From: Lingula anatina
Taxonomy: Eukaryota; Animalia; Brachiopoda
Assembly: GCA_051362555.1 (NCBI GenBank)
Contig: CM120648.1
Span: 6,382,587 to 6,446,586 of the forward strand
Length of the DNA: 64,000 bases
Direction of reading: 5' to 3'
Shown in pieces: positions 1 through 13,323 of the stretch. Position 1 is the first letter of the stretch; the number at the start of each line of letters is the position of its first letter. The notes below the pieces were generated by a model. That model was given only the letters and a program-made list of their open reading frames with translations, did not search any database and was not told the DNA's origin. Made by a program: the position numbers and the translations under genes.

Positions 1-520
1 AAAATAAAGATGCAAAAAAGGTCATTTTGTCAATTTTGATGCATTAATAAATAATGCTTATAATAGCACTGCCAGTCAACACTGAATTTTAATCATGCAC
101 AACAGGTAACATGGTCAATAACAGGAGCGGACCCTGAGATATTTTCTGACAGTATTCCAAAGTATCTATGTTGATCCATCCTCCACTTTGATGGTCTTCC
201 AACAGAAAAAAATAGATACCAGTCAATATAAACTTAATAACTTGACTGTCTTCCGGAAGACCCAGAAGATGGTCTCAATCCACCCCTTCAATAAGATTAC
301 AGTTTCAGGTCCATGAGAGACCAAAGTCGCACGATGAAAGTCTCAATATTTCAAAAATGATGAGAGTGAATAAAATAATATTACATAATGTTTAAAGACA
401 TAAAAACAATACAACTGCTTCTGTGGAAAAACGGAAAATTTTGCAGAGCCTCGAGCGGATTTGAGTTAAAAGTCACAAATGCAAGTGTTTGAGAAAAAAT
501 TATAAAGGAAAACATAACAA

Positions 521-740
521 AACTAGAAAAGCACTCCGAGAGTGCAGACCTCTGCCAAGGCAGCAATTGTTGATCATTATTGATTGATAATTGAGCCAGA
601 CCACCACCAAAACTAATCATTGGCCCACTTCTGACAGTTCCTGAAAATTTCAGCGAAAATCGGTCTATAACTTTTTGAGTAATGTTGATGACAGACAAAC
701 AGGGGTGAAAATATAACCTCCTTTGCAGAGCCTGAGGTAA
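521..740 (+). mobile_element. Short non-autonomous Helentron/DINE-like element (~220 bp)
   Basis: Starts AACTAGAAAAGCACTCCGAGAGTGCAGACCTCTGCCAAG and ends with ACAG repeats plus an imperfect terminal hairpin ...ACCTC...GAGGTAA. The paralogous block at ~2380-2450 lacks it, giving an empty site. Confidence 0.7.
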
Positions 741-1943
741 ATATAATTCCAATGATGCTGCTATTCAAACTTTTCATCTTTGTGTTTGATATATATATAT
801 ATATATATATAATTACCTGAATAATTTACCTCCATAATTATCACTGCTTCCTTATTATTAATCTAGCAGAGAGCTTAACCTTTGGGAGTTTACAGGGAGA
901 TATCAACAAGTGTGCTTTATGTAATTTTAATTAATATTAATAATCAATTAGGCAAATGACTTTATAACTCAGAGCTCAGCTAATTGATACCCAAGGGAAA
1001 TTTACAGACTGACCCTCTCAAAGGCCTTTTAGGCCCATAAGTCACATCTTAAGAAAAGCACAAAACAAAATAGGAGACTACCAATTCTGATGCATTAATA
1101 CATTATGTTTAACTGCACAGTCAACATCAAATTTTAATTATGCACAACAGGTAACACCAACTAAAGTAGGAGCATAAGGCTTCAGGCCCATCAAAGTTCA
1201 AGTTTATACTAAGATAGTGCCAGAATGAGAAAAATGAAAATTTCACACAAAACTGCATAAATTATTCAATAATAAACAATAACCCAATTGACCTGGCTTT
1301 CTAATTTGAACTGCATGCCAATCCTTGAAATCATACTTGAAAGTTAAAAATAATAATAAGTAACACAATTTTCTTTTCATAATGTTTGCAGTAGCAGTGC
1401 AAAAAGATTGTTGTCAATTTTGATGTAACATTACATAATAAATTGTAGAATAATTATCACCAATTTTTGATTATTGACTATAAATAGCATGGACATGTAG
1501 AAAATTTGATTACCATTCGCCTTCATGTCCATGGGAGCTCTGAGTACCACTATGAATATGCCAAAAAGATAATGAATATTTCACTCAAATGTATAACTTC
1601 CAGAAAAAGAAGCAAATTAGACTGCTTTTCCAACTCAGGCTGCATTTTAGTTCAGTGTTTCTTTTTTAAAGGTTTGACAGTCATAAGTAACACAGTTTTT
1701 TTATAATGGTCATCATGGCAGCAGCACCAAAAATTGTGTTTTCTTCTATTTTGATACAACATTACATAATGCTTTACAGCAAAATGACCATCTATATTTT
1801 AATAATAGAATATTAGTAACATGGACATTTAGAAAATGTGACAAGCAAAGGTCTTGAGGATCATGGAACTTCAAAGACACACCTTGAAAATGCCAACATG
1901 TGAAAAATTAAATTTTCACAAAAAACTGTTTAACTGCCAAAAA

Positions 1944-1951
<8 letters not shown>

Positions 1952-2012
<61 letters not shown>
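1952..2012. repeat. (TA)n microsatellite
   Basis: About 30 TA units, read directly. Confidence 0.95.
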
Positions 2013-2014
<2 letters not shown>

Positions 2015-4217
2015 GAGTATAAAATGAATATTTGCATGGATAAAATTGAGTTAAAAGACTGCTAACTGAACTTTAAAATTATTGTACTTAGGATAAAAGA
2101 CAGCATAATACTATTGAAAATTTAAAAGTGCATATGGAATAAGAGAGCATCGGAATCTGTCTGTCTTAAATTTTGGCACTTTGTATCTATTGTTAGATCT
2201 TAAAAGTATTACAGTTTCAGGACCAAATTCACACAATGAAAATCCCAATATCTGAATAATGATGACAGTGCATAAAATAATATTACATAATGTTTAAAGA
2301 CATAAAAACCAATGCAACTGCTTATGTGGAAATACAGAAAATGTGAAGAGCTTCAGGTGGATGGGAGCTGAAAATACCAGTGTCTGAAAAAAATAAATTA
2401 AAAAGAAAACACAAAAATATCCCATTAAAGCTGCTATTCAAACTTTTAATCTTGCTGTAATAACATGATATGAATAACCCCAATGTGTTTGAGGATAATA
2501 AGACACTGTTATTCATCTATTTTTATTGTTTTGTTTTGTTAACTTATTTGAAATATTAAACAACATTTACCTGCATAATTTTCATAGATTCCTAATTATG
2601 TGACACAGTTAAGAGAGCTTAATCTATGGGACTTTACTGGGAAGTCTCAGCGTGTGTTTTGTGTAATCTTATTTAATGGGCACTTGGAAATCAATTAGGC
2701 AAATGATTTTATAGCTCTGAATTTAGCTTGTGACTACCCCAAGGGGCAATTACCACCATCCATACACAGTAGCCCCATATAGCACTCTATAGAGCTACAT
2801 TGCTTCCAAAACAGAAAACAGTCACACTGATTTTCCAACACAAACTGCACATCAGTCTTACGAAACTTTTCAGTAAGTTTGAGTATCATAAGTAACATGG
2901 TTTTTCCTTCATGGTCATTCCGGCAGCCATTTCCAAAAGCACTGTTCTGCAATGGGTTTACTTCCATTTTTAAAACACTTTTTAACATAAAACAAAATAA
3001 ACAGTTTACTACCATTTGTATATGACCAACTAAGAAAATTGATGAGATGGGGAAAATATCAATAGAACAGTGTTAAATGATTAGTTTCCTCCATTCTGAG
3101 ATTCTGAAGATAGTAGATGATTGAATCTGACAAACTGCAATGATATGAGTTTATTTCCATTTTTGACACTTTATAACATAATACACAATAACAAGTTTAC
3201 CATCATTTTTACAGAATCAACTAACAATGTTATAAAGATGCAGGAAATGTCAAACAAACACTTTTACGTATCTTATTAGTTCAATAATGAGACTGTTAAC
3301 ATGCCTAACAATTGAATCTGAGGAAATGTGAAAAAACAGCATAATTTCTAAAATAATGGTCCGATTATGCTGATTTTCGCACTCATCCTGCGTTTTAGTA
3401 AGATTGACCAGTCCTGTAAGTATAATGACAATTTGCCCATCTGTTTTTCTTATATTGTGTTATCAGTGCTGCATATATGCTGAAAAAAGTGAAAAAAAAA
3501 AAAAACAGCATAACTTCCCTTACAATGGCCCGATCATGCTGATTTTCAAACTTGACCTGCTTATTATAAATATTCATCAATTCTGTAAGTTTCAAGCCAA
3601 AAGGTAAAACGGTTTTTCACTTATTGTGTTATCGGTGTTGCATATATGCTGAAAAAAGTGAAAAAACAGCATAACTTCCATAAAATTGACCCGATAGCTC
3701 TGATTTTCGAACTTGACCTGCATATTATGAATATTCATCAGTTTTATAAGATTCAAGCCAAAAAGTAACAAGGCAGCAAAGCTGTCAAATGTACAGACAA
3801 AGAACAGAAAATAAAGATGCAAATAAGTGAAAAATTAAATTTTCACAAAAAACTGTTAAATTGCCAGAAAAATTTACCAAACAGACTGCGTTGCCTATTG
3901 AAGCTGTATGTTAGACCCATGTTTCTTTCCTGTAAGTTTGAGAACAGTAAGTGACATGATTTCCCTTAAATGGTCATCATAGGAGCAGTGCCCAAAATAG
4001 GGGTTTCTTCAAATTTTGATGCAACATTACATAATGTTTAACAGCATAATGACAATCAAATGTTATTAATAAAATATTAGTAACATGGACATTCAGAAAA
4101 TGTGACAAGCAAAAGTCTTCAAGATCATGGAACTTTAAAGTCACACCTTGAAAATGCCAATATGTGAAAAATTAAATTTTCACAAAAAACTGTTTAACTG
4201 CCAAAATAAATAAATAA

Positions 4218-7200
4218 ACTAGAGGATCAGAGAAGCGATACCGCCTCCGAATATTGTACCACCAGCTGGAGTAAGCGCATACGTATAGACCCCCACATAC
4301 ACAAAATAAGGGACACAGCCACCAGTCTTGTGCTTGACAAGCTGTAAAAATGCAATCAACAAGAATTTTCAAAATATGCAAAAAATATATATATAGCTAA
4401 AAATGGTACAATCAAAGTTAAGTTCATCATAAGGTAGGTCAAAGGTCAATTTTAAGGTCACAGTAAATTACCAGTATATGACTTCCAATTCAACTTAAAT
4501 AGTAACTATGAACCTATCTCTGCCAGGTTTGGAGTTAAAAGAGAAAGAAATTAGCAGAGTTCAGTTCATGGTGAAAAGTTAGTCAAAAGTCAATTTTAAG
4601 GTCATATTTAGCTTGCCAGTATATGACTTCCTATTCAACTTCAATAGTAACTATAGACCTATCTCTGCCAGTTTTGGAGATAAAAGGGACGCAAAATTTG
4701 CGAAGTTCAGTTCATGGTGAAAAGTAGGTCAAAGGTCAATTTTAAAGTCACATTTAGATTGCCAGTATATGACTTCCTATTCAAGTTCAATAGTAACTAT
4801 GGACCTATCTCTGCCAGTTTTGGAGATAAAAGGGAAGCAAAATTTGCTAAGTTCAATTCATGATGAAAAGTAGGTCAAAGGTCAATTTTAAGGTCACATT
4901 TAGATTGCCAGTATATGACTTCATATTTAAGTTCAATAGTAACTATGGACCTATCTCTGCCAGTTTTGGAGAAAAAGGGAAGCAAAATTTGCAAAGTTCA
5001 GTTCATGGTGAAAAGTAGGTCAAAGGTCAATTTCAAGGTCACAGTAAGATTGCCAGTATATGACTTCCTATTCAACTTCAATAGTAACTATGGACCTATC
5101 TCTGCCAGTTTTGGAGATAAAAGGGAAGCAAAATTTGCAAAGTTCAGTTCATGGTGAAAAGTAGGTCAAAGGTCAATTTCAAGGTCACATTTAGATTGCC
5201 AGTGTATGACTTCCTATTCAAGTTCACTAGTAAGTATGGACCTATCTCTGCCAGTTTTGGAGATAAAAGGGAAGCAAAATTTGGAAAGTTCAGTTCATGG
5301 TGAAAAGTAGGTCAAAGGTCAATTTCAAGGTCACATTTAGATTGCCAGTGTATGACTTCCTATTCAAGTTCACTAGAAAGTATGGACCTATCTCTGCCAG
5401 TTTTGGAGATAAAAGGGAAGCAAAATTTGGAAAGTTCAGTTCATGGTGAAAAGTAGGTCAAAGGTCAATTTCAAGGTCACATTTAGATTGCCAGTGTATG
5501 ACTTCCTATTCAAGTTCACTAGTAAGTATGGACCTATCTCTGCCAGTTTTGGAGATAAAAGGAAAGCAAAATTTGCAAAGTTCAGTTCATGGTGAAAAGT
5601 AGGTCAAAGGTCAATTTCAAGGTCACATTTAGATTGCCAGTGTATGACTTCCTATTCAAGTTCAATAGTAACTTTGGACCTTTCTCTGCCAGGTTGAGAG
5701 ATAAAAGGGACAAAATTTTGAATAGTTCAGTTTATGGTAAAAAGTGTGTCAAAGGTCAATTTCAAGGTCACTGTTGGATTAACAGCATATGACTTCCATA
5801 AGTCAATAGTAACTTTGGGCTTATCTCTGCTAGGTCTGGAGATAAAAGGGAAAGAAAATTTGCAAGGTTCAGTTTATGGCGAAAAGTAGGTCAAAGGTCA
5901 ATTTCAAGGTCACAGTTTGACTGCCAGTATATCACTTCCTATTCAAGGTCAATAGTAACTATAGGCGTATCTTTGCCAGTTTTTGGGTATTTCCAGAATA
6001 AGAGAGGATTTTCAGTTTTGGCATCTAAGTAATGGCTGCTTCTCCCGTGAAAATGCACTGATTGAACCCAAACTCCCAAAGATGAAAGGAGTCCCCAATT
6101 TTAACCCCCCACTGTAATATAAGAGTAAAGTCTGTGTAGTTTCTGAAAATTGCCACAAACAAATATTTTTTTGCAGAAAATTCCCATTTTTAGACAATTT
6201 GTATAACATATGACTTCATCTTCAATTTTAACAGTACGTACTAGCGTATCTCTGCCAGCTTTGGAGATATGAAAATTGAAAAATTTGTAAAATGCAGTTC
6301 CTGCTAAAAAGTAGTCCAAATCAAATTTAAGGTCACATTAACATATCCCATTCAATTTCAATAGCCACTGCAGGTGTATATGTGCGACTTTTGAATAACA
6401 AATAGGTCAAAGGTCAATTTCAGGGTCAAAATAAGAATGAAAATATACGACTTCTTATTCAAGTTCAATTGTAACTAATGGTGTATCCCTGCCAGGTTGA
6501 GAGATAAAAGGGACAAAAATTTGAAAGGTTCAGTTTATGGTAAAAAGTGTGTCAAAGGTCAATTTCAAGGTCACTGTTGGATTAACAGCATATGACTTCC
6601 ATAAGTCAATAGTAACTTTGGGCTTATCTCTGCTAGGTCTGGAGATAAAAGGGAAAGAAAATTTGCAAGGTTCAGTTTATGGCGAAAAGTAGGTCAAAGG
6701 TCAATTTCAAGGTCACAGTTTGACTGCCAGTATATCACTTCCTATTCAAGGTCAATAGTAACTATAGGTGTATCTTTGCCAGTTTTTGGGTATTTCCAGA
6801 ATAAGAGAGGATTTTCAGTTTTGGCATCTAAGTAACGGCTGCTTCTCCCGTGAAAATGCACTGATTGAACCCAAACTCCCAAAGATGAAAGGAGTCCCCA
6901 ATTTTAACCCCCCACAGTAATATAAGAGCTAAAGTCTGTGTAGTTTCTGAAAATTGCCACAAACAAATATTTTTTTGCAGAAAATTCCCATTTTTAGACA
7001 ATTTTGGCCTATTTGACCTTGAAATAAAAGTCAAAGGTCAAATCCAAGGGCATATTTAGAATCTTTACATATGACTTTCGTTCAGACCTCTATGGTAATT
7101 TTTCCCATATTTCCTTCAGTTTTGGAGATATTTGGCATTGAATTTTCAAAAATTTTGACAAGGGTGCATTTTCATGAGCTTCACGCCCAGGCCAATGCAC

Positions 7201-7434
7201 CAACTGAGACCAAAAAAACAGGGGGTTCAAGTTGAGATTATATGTAACCTAAATCCAAAAGATGGGAGCATGGGTCCATACCGTCTAGGAGGAGAAGCGG
7301 TAACGGTGACTTGTATCCGGCGCCAGAACATGGAGCCGGCGGAGCCGCAGGAGCCGGCGGAGCCAACGGAGCCGTACGACACGGGTCGGGACTAAAACCA
7401 TGAGTACCGCCAGCGTACACGCTGGTGGTACTAA
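4218..7434 (+). mobile_element. Non-autonomous Helentron/DINE-like element carrying a 146-bp tandem array
   Basis: Starts ACTAGAGG. Ends with GGAGCCG(N) repeats and hairpin AGTACCGCCAGCGTACACGCTGGTGGTACT. It sits in an A-rich site, and the joined flanks match the uninterrupted paralogous sequence at ~3850-3900. Internal duplication 5688-6200 ~ 6491-7004. Confidence 0.8.
4420..5980 (+). repeat. 146-bp tandem repeat (~10-11 units)
   Basis: GACCTATCTCTGCCAG recurs at 4656, 4802, 4948, 5093, 5239 etc. Most units contain AGGTCAAAGGTCA. Confidence 0.95.
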
Positions 7435-10040
7435 TAAATAAAAATACCAAACAGACTGCATTGCCTACTGAAGCTGTATTTTAGTCCCATGTTTCTTTCC
7501 TGTAAGTTTGAGAACAGTAAGTGACATGATTTTCCTTAAATGGTCATCATGGAAGCAGTGCCCAAAATAGGGGTTTCTTCAAATTTTGATACAATATTAC
7601 ATAATGTTTAACAGCTTAATGACCATCAATTTTTAATTATAAAATATTTGTTTCACAGATATTCAGAAAATGTGACTAGCAAAGGTCTTCAGGCCCATGG
7701 AACTTCAAAGTCACGCCTTGAAAATGCCAAAATGTAAACAAGACAGCACTGTTCTGAAATGGGTTTATTTCCATTTTTAACACTTTTTTAACATAAAACA
7801 AAATAAACATTTTACTGCCATTTTATATGACCAACTAAGAAAATTGATGAGATGGGAAAAGTATCAATAGAACAGTGTTAAATGTCCAATTTCCTCCATT
7901 CTGAGATTCTGAACATAGTGGATGATTGAATCTGACAAACTGCAATGATATGAGTTTATTTCCATTTTTGACACTTTATTACACAATACATGATAACAAG
8001 TTTACCATGTTTTTTACATAATCAACTAACAATGTTGTAAAGATGCAGGAAATATCAAACAAACACTTTTAGGCATCTTATTAGTTAAATAATGAGACTG
8101 TTAACATGCCTAATAATTGAATCTGAGGAAATGTGAAAAACAGTATAACTTCTAAAATAATGGCCTGATTATGCTGATTTTCGAACTCAACCTGCGTTTT
8201 AGTAAGATTGACCACTCCTGTGAGTATGATTACAATTGGCCAATCCGTTTTTCTTATATTGTGTTATCAGTGTTGTATTTATATTGAAAATAGTGAAAAA
8301 ACAGCATAAATTCCCTAAAAATGGCCCAATCATGCTGATTTTCCAACTTGGCCTGCGTATTATGAATATTCATCAGTTCTGTAAGTTTCAAGTCAAAAGG
8401 TAAAATGGTTTTCCACTTATCGTGTTATCGGTGCTGCCTATATGCTGAAAAAAGTGAAAAAACAGCATAAATTCCCTAAAAGTGACCCGATCATGCTGAT
8501 TTTCGAACTTGACCTGCGTATTATGAATATTCATCAGTTCTGCAAGTTTCAAGTCAAAAGGTAAAATGGTTTTCCACTTATCGTGTTATCGGTAAAAGTG
8601 CACGACGGTGACGACTGCGACGACGGTGACGACTGCGACGTCGGCGACGACAGACGCAGATGATGGCTATATGTACAGACACATCTGTGTCTGTACATAA
8701 AAAGGTTTTTCACTTATCGTGTTATCGGTGTTATAATAACGCTAAAAAAATCGAAAAAACAGCATAACTTCCCTAAAAATGGCCCGATCATGCTGATTTT
8801 CGAACTTGACCTGCGTATTATGAATATTCAGCAGTTCTGTAATTTTCAAGGCAAAAGGTAAAATGGTATTCCACTTATCGTGTTATCGGTGCTGCATATA
8901 TGCTGAAACATGACAGCACTGTTCTGCAATGGGTTTACTTCCATTTTTAAAACACTTTTTAACATAAAACAAAATAAACAGTTTACTACCATTTGTATAT
9001 GACCAACTAAGAAAATTGATGAGATGGGAAAAATATCAATAGAACAGTGTTAAATGATTAATTTCCTCCATTCTGAGATTCTGAAGATAGTAGATGATTG
9101 AATCTGACAAACTGCAATGATATGAGTTTATTTCCATTTTTGACACTTTATAACATAATACACAATCACAAGTTTACCATCATTTTTACAGAATCAACTA
9201 ACAATGTTATAAAGATGCAGGAAATGTCAAACAAACACTTTTACGAATCTTATTAGTTCAATAATGAGACTTTTAACATGCCTCACAATTGAATCTGAGG
9301 AAATGTGAAAAAACAGCATAACTTCTAAAATAATGGCCCGATTATGCTGATTTTCGAACTCAACCTGCGTTTTAGTAAGATTGCCCAGCCCTGTAAGTAT
9401 AATGACAATTTGCCCAATTGTTTTTCTTACATTGTGTTATCAGTGTTGCATATATGCTGAAAAAACAGCATAAATTCCCTTTAAGTGACCTGATCATGCT
9501 GATTTTCGAACTTGACCTGCTTATTATGAATATTCATCAGTTCTGTAAGTTTCAAGCCAAAAGGTAAAATGGTTTTCCATTTATGGTGTTATCAGTGCTG
9601 CATATATGCTGAAAAAAGAGAAAAAATAGCCTAAATTCACTAAAAATTACCCAATCACGCTGATTTTCGAACTTGACCTGCGTATTATGTATATTCATCA
9701 GTTCTGTAAGTTTCAAGCCAAAAAGTAAAATGGTTTTCACTTATCGTATTATTGGTGCTGCATATATGCTGAAAAAAGTGAAAAAACAGCATAAATTCCC
9801 TATAAGTGACCCGATCATGCCGATTTTCTAACTTGACCTGCGTATTATGAATATTCATCAGTTCTGCAAGTTTCAAGCCAAAAGAAAAAACAGTTTTCCA
9901 CTTATCGTGTTATCGGTAAAAGTGCACGGCGACGACGGCGACAACAGCGACGACGGCGACGGCGACGACAGACGCAGATGACGACTATATGTACAGACAC
10001 ATCTGTGTCTGTACATAAAAAGGCAAAATACGGAGCCTAC

Positions 10041-11223
10041 CTGTGTCGATAGACATACGGTATCTTAAACTTGTGAAGATGAAACTGTTCTACACTATAC
10101 GGTATCTTGCTGGCACTCTTCCGATTTTCTTACTTATATACTCTCCCTGTGCACAAACAACGGTGCATATTGAAAACCCCACTGATACAACCCGAATGTA
10201 AAAAAGCATTTTATTGCCATAAATTTCACAAAACAGGTGCATTTATAATTTGACGTGAGAATTTAGCACGTGCAGAAATGAGAGACTGGTCTTATCTGGT
10301 CTGCACCAGCATATCGCAAACCACATGTTTTAACATTAAAATGAAAACGGTCCCATTTTGGGGGAGGGGGGTCAAAGGAATAGAGTTCTTCGTGGATTTC
10401 GCTAAATATTATCAACATTTCATGCATCTGGGGAAATAGAAAGTGACTCACAGGTAACGTAAATAACCAGTGGAACCCTCTATGAAGCTCCCATGGGGTT
10501 AAGGAAGACATCATTTTTATTGTTGACAAATCAGTTATCCATGTAGGTGAACAGCTAAACGTGTTCGTCAGATTTTGACAGCGCGTGTTATTTGGCGCCA
10601 AGAAGTCTGGGCGGTCGATCCCGCTGATCTTTCGGTCGATTGTAGTAAATGAAAGATCTTGCAGTGTTGACTTCAAGAACGTTTCCCCATCTGCATATAT
10701 CTTTCAAGAGAACTTGAAAATAAATTGCTTATTCTTCCCAAAATTTATTGCTAGCAAACGCTATATATATGGTCTATATGAAGGTGTTTACGACGTATTC
10801 TACCCACTGTCGATATTTGGTTTCATCTAGAATAGACCTTTTTTAACCCCCCCCCCTCCCCATGTACCGGTTTAATGAATCAGTCAGCGAGGGCAAGTCT
10901 GCTTAATTAGCACAATTTGTATGTCTATAAGCACTATTATTGTCATCGGGGACAAAGGGAATGACAGGTACGTCATGCTTCCAGATTAGATTAGATAACA
11001 GAAGATTTGTCAAGTAGAGATGGTTTTCCAAGGTCTATTCTGTAAAAGTCAGCTGGCGGGAAATTTCGCCGAAAGACGCACGTGGTAGCGCAGTACGTAC
11101 ATAAATTGTAGAACTGTGAAAGACAATGAATCCGTGCAGTATGGCTGAAGGTCCTCTCAACATCTCTCAACAATCTAATTCAGGAAATGACGTAACCTCA
11201 GAGGTCGCATTGTCCAATGGCAT
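10041..11223 (-). pseudogene. Decayed three-exon ORF of unknown function, probably internal to a long-TIR DNA transposon
   Basis: Exons 11223-11101 (ATG in gaagccATG; donor TAT|GTACGT), 10700-10452 (open frame; donor GTGAGT) and 10146-10041 (cacag acceptor; donor GTAGGC) join in phase 0. There are two in-frame stops: TGA at 11169-11167 and a TAG in exon 3. Confidence 0.45.
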
Positions 11224-11524
11224 GGCTTCTTTTTCGTAATGGTAGGTTATAGTGGACCAACTTAAACATCAGAGGTGGAATTTGGCTTTACGGTTTGATT
11301 GTGCACGGAATTTACAAACGAGCGACGGGATGATGTAGCCTGCAGTATTTGCGGTAAGCGTGCCAAGTTTTAGGCCGCTCCGATGCCCGGCAGTGTTTTA
11401 TTTTGATTATTATGTTGAAAATGTTTTCTTTTTGTTTCACAAGCTTACTCTATTTTATTGTCTCTATGGAGGTATATGGGGACTTTACGACATTCGGTTT
11501 GAAGGCTTTAACCACTTGTTATAG
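11168..11524 (-). mobile_element. Diverged partial copy of the 30-kb foldback element (spacer plus part of one arm)
   Basis: Aligns by eye to the reverse complement of ~30165-30533. Truncated at 11524, where the TCAAG-rich DIRS/Ngaro leader starts. Confidence 0.85.
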
Positions 11525-11525
11525 C

Positions 11526-11880
11526 TCAAGTTCAAGTTCAAGTCAAGCCAAGTCAAACTAAACAAAAAATTTCAAGTCATCAAGGTCAAGTTGCATGCCG
11601 TCAAATTCAAGTCAAGTACAAGTCAAATTCAAGTCAAGCCAAGTCTACCAAGTCTAACTAAACAAAAACTTTCAAGTCATCAAGGTCAAGTTGCATGCCG
11701 TCAAATTCAAGTCAAGTACAAGTCAAATTCAAGTCAAGCCAAGTCATACATATATGTCACTCACGATCTAACTCTGCATACAGTGCTATTCCAAGTAACA
11801 AGCACATCAAGTCAAGGCTAGGTTTATCAAGCTAAGTATATCAGCAATAACTCTATCAACCAGGTTTCAAGCACAAGGGC
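11526..11880 (+). repeat. TCAAG pentanucleotide-rich region with a 100-bp duplication
   Basis: (TCAAG)n runs; CAAGGTCAAGTTGCATGCCG at both 11581 and 11681. Confidence 0.85.
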
Positions 11881-12534
11881 ATGAATTTTCCAAGTTTACG
11901 TTTCACATGCACAGCCCCCAATCACACCACGTCAGCCATTCACCCACCATTAAGTCCATTCCATTTTAGGACGACCCTAATCGAACATCAAATTAAAATC
12001 AAGTTACGTACCAACAACCCACTACGCCTTTTTCCCACACAATCAAGCATATCAGATCAAGGCACGGCCAAGTGAACTAGCCCAAGCATCAGATACAAGT
12101 CAACATCACACAATCCGCTCTGTTTGCACCACGTCCCCCAACCATGGAAACGTTGACTCTACTACGCACCACCAACCTCATTCGTCCAACTTTTAAGCTG
12201 GCAGGGCTTCATTCTCTGCTCAGGGAGTCACCCTAACTTTCTAATTTCAGGTCATGGATCCCACCCCCCCCAGGTATCCCCACTATGGTGACCTCCGTGG
12301 GCACCATACCCACAGAATCAGGACTCTCGGTGCCTAGGTATACGGACCTAGGCCCGCACACGTTGACACACCAAACACCAGCCATAGCCATTGCCTCAGG
12401 GAGCGCGTCAACCTTTCAGCACAACGACACCACTGCCACTCAATCTGTCAGCCAAGGCCACACAACCTTCCATAATTGGGGGTACACGGGCCCCCCCACC
12501 CAGGTAGGCCAATTCACCATACCAACACCGAGCC

Positions 12535-13323
12535 ATGTCACAGGGGAACAGGCTACAGGACACCCAACCAACACAGGATGGCCCCTTGGGCCAACAGGTC
12601 AAACCCAACAAGGTAGGCACACTATATATACCTTACTCCCCCTTGGACCAGCATGTGTCTAGAACCTTGCGACAAAAAATATGGGACAATGAATACGTTT
12701 CGCTTCGAGATTTACTACCCCACACTTCAAACACTTTGACACCCTTCGACATCGTCGAGGACGAGCAATTCGTCCAACGAAAGAAGACAGACGCGGAAGG
12801 CAACCTGACCCTCATTTTGGCCCCAGTCACAAAAAAGAGATCACCACTAACCTTCACACAATGGCAAGTAGCTTTTAATATTTTTTCGGCCATTTACATA
12901 CAAAAATTTCCTCAGCAGTCACTCAACCTTCTACAATACAATAATCGCATAGTCGAGATGTACGCAAACAAGGGCTCCCTCTGGCTATCCTACGACGAAC
13001 GCTTCCGGGCCAACTTTAAGTCCATGGGATACAAGTGGGAGGTCCCCGACGCAGTGCTACTGGCCGAAATCACCTTTATCCAAAAAGCTCAGGAACAGCC
13101 CTTTCGCCAATCCAAAACCTGCTTCCGCTGGAACAAAGGCATCTTCTGCGATGCCAAGGCATGCCACTACGGACACAGGTGCTCCATTTGCAACGCCTCC
13201 CACCCAGCCAACGCATGCCCAAAACAACAAGCAGCTCAGGGGCACTCAGGCACCAACAACCACAGAGCCACACAGAGATTTCAACCCTACAAGCGTCCCC
13301 TACAATTCAACCGCAGGCGATAA
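12535..13323 (+). CDS. DIRS/Ngaro Gag-like ORF1, C-terminal part (N-terminal part probably frameshifted into ORF 12285-12662)
   Basis: KIWDNEYVSLRDLL, W..AF.IF..IY and YDE.FR motifs, plus the C-terminal Cys/His finger CFRWNKGIFC...CHYGHRCSICNASHPANAC typical of YR-retrotransposon Gag. Confidence 0.8.
   Translation: MSQGNRLQDTQPTQDGPLGQQVKPNKVGTLYIPYSPLDQHVSRTLRQKIWDNEYVSLRDLLPHTSNTLTPFDIVEDEQFVQRKKTDAEGNLTLILAPVTKKRSPLTFTQWQVAFNIFSAIYIQKFPQQSLNLLQYNNRIVEMYANKGSLWLSYDERFRANFKSMGYKWEVPDAVLLAEITFIQKAQEQPFRQSKTCFRWNKGIFCDAKACHYGHRCSICNASHPANACPKQQAAQGHSGTNNHRATQRFQPYKRPLQFNRRR

Larger units (their letters stand above)
1..10022 (+). repeat. Composite block of Helentron/DINE-like (HINE) elements with internal tandem repeats and segmental duplications
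   Basis: Blocks recur (2938-3600 ~ 7744-8400 ~ 8914-9600; 3830-4200 ~ 7446-7735). A ~160-bp unit is repeated at 3330-3770, 8140-8900 and 9310-9915. The block ends in a GAC-rich microsatellite plus hairpin TATGTACAGACAC-ATCT-GTGTCTGTACATA at ~9988-10017, with a second copy of this end at ~8595-8700. This matches the known DINE-1/HINE architecture. Confidence 0.7.

Noticed and set aside
381-9876. Short ORFs in the left repeat block
   Set aside because: They are chance frames in tandem repeats; paralogous copies do not keep them open.
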